A DNA stretch of 61,002 bases, counting the filler, from Aduncisulcus paluster (lineage: Eukaryota), in assembly GCA_024181965.1 (NCBI GenBank). It is 3 parts of 3 records of this genome, joined end to end, with 100 filler letters (N's around TTAATTAATTAA, not from the genome) between each part and the next. Parts side by side here need not be neighbours in the genome. Positions count along the whole stretch, not along the records: positions 1 to 29,748 come from BQXS01013859.1; 2 more parts are not named here. One strand, 5' to 3'. The notes beneath the pieces are model-generated. The model saw only the letters and a list, made by a program, of their open reading frames with translations. It searched no databases and was not told where the DNA came from. Both the position numbers and the translations under genes were made by a program. Shown here piece by piece: positions 1 to 8,818 of the stretch. Numbering within the stretch: the first letter of the stretch is position 1; each line of letters begins with the position of its first letter.

Positions 1-3000
1 CGTTTACGCACATTTGCAGCAGGAGTAGCAACGGGAGTAATAGCTTGAACAATTGGCGGATTACCAGTTCCACTGCAACACAAATTCTCAACATGACCCC
101 ATTCAATTGCTTGTCTTCCACCCTTGACACGTTCTTGAATACGGTCCAAACCGATTGGAATCTGAATAAGATGACGAAACCGATTATTCGTATAACTATT
201 ATTGTCGAAATAAGCAGGAGTCGGAGTGGATTGGAACATAGTTCGAAGAGCAGGGGTAAGGAGATCTGCTTGCAAATACATGGAGAACGCAGACAAAATC
301 TCATCATTCAGAGAGGCCAAACTGCCTCCACGACCAACTCTGACCCCACTACGCTCGGTATCACCATCAGAATCACTCTCAGCTTCACTCTCCTCTTCTT
401 CACGCTCCTCCCGCACAGGCCTCACCCGACGTTTTCCGACAACCAGAGCTCGTCCCTTGTTCTTTGGGGGCCATCCAATCTGTCTCACAACCTTCTCTTG
501 AGCATGCATGAGTGAAGAGAGACAAGCTGCTGCTGATGAGAGTGAGAGACTGGAAGACAGAGAGAAGAGAAGGGCACTGGTTGTGGAATATGAAGAGGCA
601 GTCGGGATGTCAAAGAAATTAAACTCAGAATCCTTTGAATAATCATCCAAATCCTTTGGGATTCTACTTTCTTTCTCTCTTCTCTCACGTTTCATGATCC
701 AATTCTTGAAGGTATCGCTTCTACGATGTGTATGGCATATGGCATTGGCAAGACTATCTCTGAGGGCATCCTGGGCAGCGTGGATATGGGAATTGACTTC
801 CATACAACTCAAATCAATTCCAGACACACATTTTGTCAACTTCTTAAGCATTTTGTTGCTTGCTTCAAAATCCTTGATCTTATCCTCAATCGTCGTAATA
901 TGTCGGCCATTCACAAACACTTCCACGGCTTTCATCCGCTTGTTAACACCACTCCGAGTGGCAATGGATTCTGTGTGATCGGACGTTCCAACCCTTGACA
1001 CAGCGCTTGTGGCACTCCCGTCGGTCGCTTTATCTGTGGATCTTGTTGAGAAAATCTTCTTCCACCTTTCAGAACCCTTGACATGAATCCTGTACTCGCC
1101 AACACTCACTCCATGGAGGAGAGCTAGTTGGTGAATGAAAATACGACGCATTCTGGCAACGCACGTGGCACGTTTACCTGTGTTCTGACGCTGAGAACGG
1201 AAGAATTGAAGGGCTTCAGAGTCGAAATGGCCCTTAAATGGGCTGATCCGTCCCAAACGTCTCACGAAAGTCCCTTCTTCCCATCGTGTGTCTTCTTTAG
1301 AGCCATAGAATGCCATTTCTTTGACAATCTTAGTGTCACTGGCTGCTTTTCGAAGATCTCTGTTCGTTCCCACTCCTCCTTCACTGACACGGGATGCTTT
1401 CTTATTAGGTCCTCCCTTCCTCTTATTTGTAGTCACTCCTTCTTCTTCATCCTTGTTCTTCCGAGTCCCAGGTGCCTTGAAAAAGAAGAGAGCCTCCCCC
1501 AAACTCGGGAATTTCTTATCGATACTCATAGCACTGTCCTTTCGAGTGTACCAGTTCCCTTCTCCAATCAATCGTCCGATCTTATCCTTGTTTCTCCACC
1601 CTCGCCATTGTTTAGTCTTGGAGAATGCACTGTAATCAGGCTCGAGAAGTGAGGGTGGACTTTGGTGTGTCATCGAAAGGAGGATCAATTCGCTCTGAAT
1701 CCAAGGCATCGTGCACACGATCTTACAAAGCCAATTCTTATATAATTTCAGCTTCTCTCCTTTCTCTCTTTGTGTGTCCTTCAGGACAGCCTCTAGAAGA
1801 TATTCGTGGCAGTGACAATCGGCACACCACTTCATAAGCATCCGTTGACCGTGAAGCATGGACTCATACATGCTCATACAATCCCCAATAGGGAGATTGA
1901 GGAGACGAGAGGCTTCATCAGTCTCCGAAGAAGAAGAGTATGGTGATGAATTCTTTGACTTGCTCTTAGACCTACTGCCAACAGAGTGGGATGGATCAGA
2001 TTCTGTCTGGCCAATGGGGATCGTACTTCTCCCGACTGCATGCCATTCTGACTGCGTTGACCGTCTTCGGCTATCAATTATCTCTCTAAAAGCCATTGCA
2101 TCCGTCTTCTCAGCAACTGGAGTCGAAGAAAAGGACGTGGATGAGGAGGAAGCTTCGGGATCTGGACAAAATATAGAACGATCACGTGGAATACATTGGC
2201 CCAGGGGAAATATCACAGGGCATCTGCGCAAAATAAACTTATATCTACGCGTTTTGCTCCTTCGCTTCTCCTCTTCTTCCTCTTCCTCACAGGAATCTTC
2301 GCCATGAATGTCAAACCTGTCTTGGATAGCACCATGCGAAGGAGATGAGGAAGAACAGGAAGAGAGGAAAGAAGAGCGAGACGATAGTTGTCGAGAGGAA
2401 CGAACAGGAATGGACGTTTCTTCTTCCTCTTTTCCTTCCTTTTCATGGAATCCTGAACTTGTTACAATTTCTTGCAAGAGAGCTTCTTCGCGGCCACCAC
2501 TTTTCTCTCTCAATTGACGTTGAGTTCGACGACGCTTCCTCTCCTCTTCCCTCTCCTCGTCTTCAGGCGTCATTCTCTTGGGAATCAGAAGATACATCCC
2601 CTCTGGTGAACAGTGGGGAACAGTCATCTGCGTGTGAATGTTGTTGTACATGATAAAGAAACTACTGGCGTCATCCGCAGGGGGGGCTGGCAAGGGTCCA
2701 CTATCATCAATGGAGGTGTATAAATTGTCGTGGGGAGAAACGGGGAAGGAAGGCAATGAGTGGGTCGAAAGGGAGGGATCGATCTTGCTCCTGAAGGTGT
2801 GGGTAGGCTCGAAGGGAGCAGGAATGCTAGTAGAGGATTTCTCATCCATTCCAGACAGACTCCTTCGATGGGGCTCACTCTTGTCCGAACTAGTGGATGC
2901 GGACGAACGAACACCGCCACTAGAACTGTCACTTCTTTTAAGACGCTGCATTTCCTCGTCTGTGCGTTTGATTGCCACAATATTCCGATAAGATGTCCTA

Positions 3001-4343
3001 ACAGTACTCAAAAGACGAAATACCCGACCAATACGACAGCCAGCCCCATTCATACTAATTGAAAGTGGGTGATGTGAAAGATGCTCCGTGAGAATAAGAC
3101 GTCCGGTCAAACCCCGTGCCCAAGGTTCATTCCCCGATGGAGGTGTCGTGAGGTTGTGCATTATTCTGGGTGAAAGGGGAGACATTACAGGATTATCCTT
3201 CATCGTGAGAGACACACTATAGCCCAGCTGCGGTGGAGGGGGAACATTATCCGAGTTGGGACGAGAAGAATAGTACCCTTTGCGAATAGTTTGGAGAGCC
3301 TTGTGAACAGATCGTTTGGGAAGGACAAAGGGCTCTCTAGATGATGAGTCAACAATATTCTTGGGAATAAGATCACCATTTTTAATAGTTTCATATTCCC
3401 AATCCTCAGGATGAAGGCTCGTAATAGAAGCTTGATCGTCTGACTTGTGAATTTTGGTTGGAAGCGGTATATCTTCACATACACTTATTTGTTTGTTCAG
3501 AGTAGCAGCGAAATTGCCAATATCTTCGTCGATAGCTGAGTCATCTGGAGTGGATGAGGAAAACATTTCTTTCTCTTTACGATATATGGATAAAAGTTTA
3601 TCGTATCTAGATTTTGGATGATCTGTAGTTTTATGGCGGATTTCACTCTTAGATTCTTTTCGATCATGAAGTAATTCATCGGCTTCTCTCCAGAGTTCTT
3701 GAGCTGTCAGAGCAGCCCACATATCAATTATTTTTTTACGTTGGCTGGCATTTCTACCTTCTTTTATGTGATTTACATGCATTTGTACAACAGCAGCAAC
3801 TCCATGCGGGGATCTTTTTGGTCGGTGAAAATCATCTGTTCCAATACCACTAGAAATAACATATTTATCAGGTGGAAGTTGCCTTATGATCTTATCAATG
3901 ATTCTACTATGAGGAATGGCGGTCATTTTGTTAAAAAACCCAGGCTCTGAAATAACATTCTTTGTAGCTCCATAAAACGCTCTAATAGTGGTTTTTAGGA
4001 GATGATCAAGGCTGGATTCTCTTAAGGAATCTCGATAATATCCATAATCGCCAAGATTAAGAAAAGATTCAAAAGATATGTGAGGTTCTACAAAAGGTAA
4101 GAGAGATGTATTATCTTGGGGGTTTTGACATGGTTTTTCTTCCTCTCGAGATTTTAATATATATTGGGGATTAATAATTTCAGTTAAATCGTCATCAATA
4201 TGCTGATCTATCGTCTTGGAGACATCATCTTCCTTATCAGGAATAGGAGGTTTAATAATGGATTTGAAATCCTCAAAAACTCTCAATAATTCATTTCTAC
4301 TTTCCAATTTCACACGAAGATCAGATTTGCTCCCCGTGTTCAT
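1..4343 (-). CDS. Large low-complexity hypothetical protein, >1,440 aa, 3' end runs off the window (absent from the ORF track)
   Basis: My translation from ATG at 4343 (MNTGSKSDLRVKLESRNELL...) stays open to the window edge (...PPIVQAITPVATPAANVRK). It has Ser-rich and acidic tracts and an AT-rich upstream spacer. The short + strand ORFs here are its antisense shadows. Confidence 0.85.
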   Translation of the reverse strand, partial: MNTGSKSDLRVKLESRNELLRVFEDFKSIIKPPIPDKEDDVSKTIDQHIDDDLTEIINPQYILKSREEEKPCQNPQDNTSLLPFVEPHISFESFLNLGDYGYYRDSLRESSLDHLLKTTIRAFYGATKNVISEPGFFNKMTAIPHSRIIDKIIRQLPPDKYVISSGIGTDDFHRPKRSPHGVAAVVQMHVNHIKEGRNASQRKKIIDMWAALTAQELWREADELLHDRKESKSEIRHKTTDHPKSRYDKLLSIYRKEKEMFSSSTPDDSAIDEDIGNFAATLNKQISVCEDIPLPTKIHKSDDQASITSLHPEDWEYETIKNGDLIPKNIVDSSSREPFVLPKRSVHKALQTIRKGYYSSRPNSDNVPPPPQLGYSVSLTMKDNPVMSPLSPRIMHNLTTPPSGNEPWARGLTGRLILTEHLSHHPLSISMNGAGCRIGRVFRLLSTVRTSYRNIVAIKRTDEEMQRLKRSDSSSGGVRSSASTSSDKSEPHRRSLSGMDEKSSTSIPAPFEPTHTFRSKIDPSLSTHSLPSFPVSPHDNLYTSIDDSGPLPAPPADDASSFFIMYNNIHTQMTVPHCSPEGMYLLIPKRMTPEDEEREEERKRRRTQRQLREKSGGREEALLQEIVTSSGFHEKEGKEEEETSIPVRSSRQLSSRSSFLSSCSSSSPSHGAIQDRFDIHGEDSCEEEEEEEKRRSKTRRYKFILRRCPVIFPLGQCIPRDRSIFCPDPEASSSSTSFSSTPVAEKTDAMAFREIIDSRRRSTQSEWHAVGRSTIPIGQTESDPSHSVGSRSKSKSKNSSPYSSSSETDEASRLLNLPIGDCMSMYESMLHGQRMLMKWCADCHCHEYLLEAVLKDTQREKGEKLKLYKNWLCKIVCTMPWIQSELILLSMTHQSPPSLLEPDYSAFSKTKQWRGWRNKDKIGRLIGEGNWYTRKDSAMSIDKKFPSLGEALFFFKAPGTRKNKDEEEGVTTNKRKGGPNKKASRVSEGGVGTNRDLRKAASDTKIVKEMAFYGSKEDTRWEEGTFVRRLGRISPFKGHFDSEALQFFRSQRQNTGKRATCVARMRRIFIHQLALLHGVSVGEYRIHVKGSERWKKIFSTRSTDKATDGSATSAVSRVGTSDHTESIATRSGVNKRMKAVEVFVNGRHITTIEDKIKDFEASNKMLKKLTKCVSGIDLSCMEVNSHIHAAQDALRDSLANAICHTHRRSDTFKNWIMKRERREKESRIPKDLDDYSKDSEFNFFDIPTASSYSTTSALLFSLSSSLSLSSAAACLSSLMHAQEKVVRQIGWPPKNKGRALVVGKRRVRPVREEREEEESEAESDSDGDTERSGVRVGRGGSLASLNDEILSAFSMYLQADLLTPALRTMFQSTPTPAYFDNNSYTNNRFRHLIQIPIGLDRIQERVKGGRQAIEWGHVENLCCSGTGNPPIVQAITPVATPAANVRK

Positions 4344-4491
4344 TGTGATGAAAGCAAAACGAGGATTGAAAAATTGTTTCGTGATTAATGGCAATAAAAT
4401 CAGCTTAAAATGAATAACTGACAAAAATTGATTCAAAAAAATGGACAACAATATATAAGATGCTTTATTCTATCAACATCAACAGGGAATC

Positions 4492-5499
4492 CTACTTTTC
4501 TTCTTCGTCTTCTTCTTTCCTCCTTTCAAACTGATCAAATGCATCTCTTCCCTCATCTTCATCTCCATCATCTAACAAAGACTCATCAATAACAAACATA
4601 CTCCTTCCACTGAGACCAAGAAGACGAGCGAATTTGTTCTTACTACTTTTTCTCTTCTTTTCAAGGGCTTGTTCTTTCTCATCGGCCTCTCGCTTCCGCT
4701 TTTCAATCCTTTCAGCCTTCCATTTGGCAAAGGTCTCAGGATTAACAGGTGTTCCTCCAATAATATGTTTTCTAAGCTCTTCAATTTGTTTTGTAAGGTT
4801 TTCCATGTCAGCCCAACGTTCTTTCTCCGTCTTTTTAACTTTTGAATCGTCGTCAGCAACACGAAGCGTTACACCACGGGGAAGAGCGTGAGTAAAATGA
4901 CATTTATCTCCATTGGGACATTTCCATCTCCTTCCAAAGGTTCCTTTCTCAATGGCATCAAGAAAATGAGGACATACTTTTTGGGATTGGGGCAAATTAA
5001 CCTTGAATCCTCTCCCTTGAGCATCTTCCTCTTCCTCCTCAGCAGCAGCTTTAATAATACGTTTGTCAACATATAGAGACGCACGTTTTTTCTTTTCAAG
5101 GTCTAAATCATGGGAATATTTACATCTATCTCCTTTGGTACACATTCCATGCTTAAAAAATTCACACAACACATCTTTGGGATTTTGTCCTTCTTTCAAG
5201 GGGGGTTGTACGATAGTTGAACGGAGAAGACGGGCCATTTGTTCTAACCTAAGCTTTTCCTTCTTTGCCTCAGCCTCAGCAGATTGGGCGGCAGCAAGAG
5301 AAATACCCTTTTTAGCGGCACCGGCAGCACCGATTTTATATTTTGAATCAATTTGATGCTTTACATGGGCAATTTCTTTCTGAATTCTCTTGCTTTTCTT
5401 CTTATTTTTCAACCCAAAGGTTAGATCTTGAAACTTCTGGTTAGCTTCCTTTTTCAGAACTTTAGAACTTGGTCCTTTTGATCCTCCTTTCTTGGCCAT
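4492..5499 (-). CDS. TMA46: Translation machinery-associated protein 46 / ZC3H15 (DFRP1), tandem CCCH zinc fingers
   Basis: N-terminal DLTFGLKNKKKSKRIQK motif; CCCH fingers CEFFKHGMCTKGDRCKYSH and CPHFLDAIEKGTFGRRWKCPNGDKCHFTH; DFRP_C-like GTPVNPETFAKWK...LSGR. Confidence 0.93.
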   Translation of the reverse strand: MAKKGGSKGPSSKVLKKEANQKFQDLTFGLKNKKKSKRIQKEIAHVKHQIDSKYKIGAAGAAKKGISLAAAQSAEAEAKKEKLRLEQMARLLRSTIVQPPLKEGQNPKDVLCEFFKHGMCTKGDRCKYSHDLDLEKKKRASLYVDKRIIKAAAEEEEEDAQGRGFKVNLPQSQKVCPHFLDAIEKGTFGRRWKCPNGDKCHFTHALPRGVTLRVADDDSKVKKTEKERWADMENLTKQIEELRKHIIGGTPVNPETFAKWKAERIEKRKREADEKEQALEKKRKSSKNKFARLLGLSGRSMFVIDESLLDDGDEDEGRDAFDQFERRKEEDEEEK

Positions 5500-5833
5500 A
5501 TTTTTCTCTCTCTTCTTAACCTCAAGACAAAAGGAAAGGAATGATTGAGATTGTGTAGACAGTTGATGGAAGAATTAGAATAAATGAACACAATAGGGGG
5601 ATATTTTTGAGTTGATATTGAGTTGTAGAATTTTTTTAACCACATAAATATTGAATTTTATTTTATCCTAATCCCGCAGGAAAAACTTGCCCTATCATCG
5701 CTTTCGGAATGTTTTTGGATAAAAACCTCATTGATAATATTAAAATACACCAATATCTACTCGTACTATACCAACAATATTTGGATAGAATGTCATGAAA
5801 TCGATTCCGATCTTTTGTTTCACTATCCACCTC

Positions 5834-7232
5834 ATGTCCTATCGACAGATTATTAGTATGTTGCCCATTTCATATTTTACCGTGTTTTATAAATTTTACC
5901 TCAATTTATATTGTATTTCTGATTGTTTCTCGTGTTGAATTAGAATTTAGAGAACATATATTTACTCTGGGATATACTCAGTTTATTTCTTTAGATGCAT
6001 TCAAAAATCCGAATTTTAAATTAATGAAAGATCTTTTGTGCTTTCTCCTTAAAAAATATAGCGCTAGCCATGTAATACCTGAAGATATTTCTACAGAGGA
6101 TGACAGGATTTTTTTTGTGACAACAGCTGTTCAGTTAATTGCTTCTAAGTTGCATTTACGATTGTCGCCTAAGTCTTTATATCGGTCAGATAAAAATTGT
6201 GTGAAGGAATTGATTAAGCTCTCTGAGCCTCTCTATAAGGCATTGATGATGACTGAATCAGTATCAAAAGATATTATTACTCTTCGTGATGGGTATAAAA
6301 CTGGTGGGGAAGAACATTCCCTTGTATACCCGTCCCCAATGGACATTGAGAGGGCTCGTGTTTTGAGCTCAGAAATAACGAAAGATTCTGCAAATATAAA
6401 TAACTTGCTGAAAGAAACTCAGGAAACTGAGGCGGCTTTGAGTCGATCTTTGACGAAGCACACAGATTATGCAACCGTCCAGTCCGTGATTAAATTGAGG
6501 ATTCAGTCCCTTGAAATGAGTACAAAAAGGGACGAAGAAGAGATATTATCCGCCAAAAGGGATCTTGAAGAACTTCAATCACGGTTACAGCATAGAACCA
6601 CGGAATTATCCCGGGCTTCCGAAAGACTTCAAACTCTTCGTTGTGTTAAGGCCCCATATGCCGATGAGCTTATTGGCGTTCAACGTGAGCTAAGTAAGTT
6701 ACACTCAGAGTATACGATGAAGTTTATGGCCCTCCAAGGTCTTGAAGATGATATGAGGCTCCAGGAGGAAGAAGAAGGTAAGAAACGGATGAACGCCAAC
6801 AAAGAACTCCTTATGATCCGTAAACAAGTTCGAGCTGAACAAATGGATATGTTTACGCATGTTGCAGATGTTCCAGCCTCTGACTTTGGTATGATTGTCG
6901 TCAATGATGATCGGGATGATTTTCACCTTGATGATGACGATGAAAAGCCATTAAATTATCCAGATTTCGATGATCATGAGGAAAGGAAGGGTTTGATGCG
7001 AGAGAGCGAGAGTGGAAGAACTCGGTTAGAGCGGAGAAGAGATATGCCCGCCATGGCCGAATTAGATGAATTTACAATGCCGGAAACTAAGGTTCAGGGG
7101 ACTTTATTTGATGATGATATGGGAGATGTTGATTATGATGATGCAAATGCCTATCAACCAGATGGATTTGGACCTGGATTGGACGAATCTATTGGAAATG
7201 CACTTCTTGATGATGCTGATGATTCATTTTAA
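5834..7232 (+). CDS. CLUAP1: Clusterin-associated protein 1 / IFT38 (IFT-B); exons 5834-5855 and 5944-7232
   Basis: Splicing the GTATGT..AG intron gives MSYRQIIKFREHIFTLGYTQFISLDAFKNPNFKLMKDLL, which matches the CLUAP1 N-terminus. Also TEDDRIFF, LSPKSLYRSD..VKELIK, RLQTLRCVKAPYADE and an acidic tail ending DDSF. Confidence 0.93.
5856..5943 (+). other. Spliceosomal intron (88 nt, phase 1) in CLUAP1
   Basis: GTATGT donor, TTAG acceptor, AT-rich; removal restores the frame and the conserved N-terminus. Confidence 0.88.
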
Positions 7233-7477
7233 GAATAATATCATTATTTTGCTTGAGAGTCTTGAAGATTTCGAAACAAATTAGAATAAAATTATGTATC
7301 AAATCTACACCTAAGAAACAAAAACTAAAAAATTCTATTTTTAGAAATTCTATTTTTAGAACTTATAGATTCAATTTCCCATTTTAAGAAAAATATATTT
7401 ATAAAAACCCAAAATTAATCAGATTTTGTCTTTCACAACATAAGAAAAACCCATGAAAGAAGATTCAATATTACTCA

Positions 7478-8650
7478 TTATTCATGTGCTGCATGTCTTC
7501 TCTTCCCTTTTTTCTTCTCAAAAAGTGTGGAAGATGATTCTGGATTCGTTTCAAACCCCTCAATAGAAGGACAACATTCACTGATACGACCATCTTCAGA
7601 AATAGTTATGAAGGACACCTTGTCTGCTTTATATACAACAAAAGAATCATCAATGCATGGGTAAATATAAGTGTTTAAAGTATATGGCGATAATATAACT
7701 TTTTTTGTTCGAATGGAAAAGAGCATAATATTTCCTTCAGTTGACATGAAATATCCCAGCTCATCGGATAAAAATTTAACAGAATCTGAAAATAAAGCTC
7801 CTTTTAATTTCATTATTTCCTTCATTGAAGGCTTAATGGCGTCCCAATGAGATGTATCCATAATAGATGCTTGTGAGAAACTATTTATCGAACAATACAT
7901 CCCATTGGGAGAGAATCTGGGAAATGCACCCATGGATGAAGCACAAATACACTCTTTTGTTGTAATTTTGTTATCATGAATTGATTTAAACAGGCTCAAG
8001 TCTAAAATATCTGATCTTCCTTCATCATCAGTGAAAATAACAATATGATCTTTGTCAGTTTGAAGACTTACTGCAGCCATATCATCCATATTCAAAATAA
8101 TTCGCCCACTAGAATCATATATTCCACTTGAATATTCATTCCCAGCAACAAACATTGAACCACAAGCTATTCCAACAGTGAATTCACCATCAACCGTTAT
8201 CGATGTCATATTGCCAATATTAAAAATTTTAAGACTGGTATTAAATGAAAATGATATAACTCCTACATTACAATCACATAACGAAGAGGATATAGAAGGA
8301 TATGTGCTATTTCTGGTGGTCTCAAGTTTGAAAAGACGATTGGTAAAAGTATCGAGGAAACAAGTAAAATGATTCTCATCGTGAATACATAAACAAAAGC
8401 TAATATATCGATTTTTCAGAGAAAAGTCAACATTTTCAATTGATTTATACGAAAAAGGAAGAGAAAATTCAGCAACCTCTGAAGATGTATTGATAACGAA
8501 AAATGTTTTTTTCTCTTTTTCTATTGATGATGTAATTGCAATGAAAGGTTTAAATTGAGAAATAATCCAATTATTTGACATTTTAGAAAACAAAGCCGTT
8601 GAACGAGTTATTCCGACTTTGATACATGATTCTAATTTAATTTCTTCCAT
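7478..8650 (-). CDS. Hypothetical protein, probable beta-propeller (WD40-like)
   Basis: 390 aa ORF of short beta-strand-like segments with blade-start motifs such as VDFSLKNRYI, PRFSPNGMYC and VKFLSDELGY; basic C-terminal tail. Confidence 0.6.
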   Translation of the reverse strand: MEEIKLESCIKVGITRSTALFSKMSNNWIISQFKPFIAITSSIEKEKKTFFVINTSSEVAEFSLPFSYKSIENVDFSLKNRYISFCLCIHDENHFTCFLDTFTNRLFKLETTRNSTYPSISSSLCDCNVGVISFSFNTSLKIFNIGNMTSITVDGEFTVGIACGSMFVAGNEYSSGIYDSSGRIILNMDDMAAVSLQTDKDHIVIFTDDEGRSDILDLSLFKSIHDNKITTKECICASSMGAFPRFSPNGMYCSINSFSQASIMDTSHWDAIKPSMKEIMKLKGALFSDSVKFLSDELGYFMSTEGNIMLFSIRTKKVILSPYTLNTYIYPCIDDSFVVYKADKVSFITISEDGRISECCPSIEGFETNPESSSTLFEKKKGKRRHAAHE

Positions 8651-8818
8651 ATTATATTGATTAATTGTATTTTATCGTTTTAATACGTTTTGATGTTGGC
8701 AAACCTGGATCTTTGGAATACAATTTCAAATCGGCTTCGCCGAAGCCACAATCGGCGATTGTTAAATTTTTTGAGATCAGATAAATTCAATCGCGATATC
8801 CCCAAACATTTAGTTTAC

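Noticed and set aside
45..4413. Many short + strand and off-frame ORFs; possible retroelement
   Set aside because: They are shadows of the long minus-strand CDS, and no RT, integrase or endonuclease motifs are seen
5697..5730. ATCGCTTTCGG resembling the U2 snRNA 5' end
   Set aside because: No GTGTAGTA branch-pairing sequence or U2 stem pattern follows
7329..7361. Two-copy 15 bp tandem repeat AAATTCTATTTTTAG
   Set aside because: Simple slippage duplication in an AT-rich spacer; not a CRISPR or structured array
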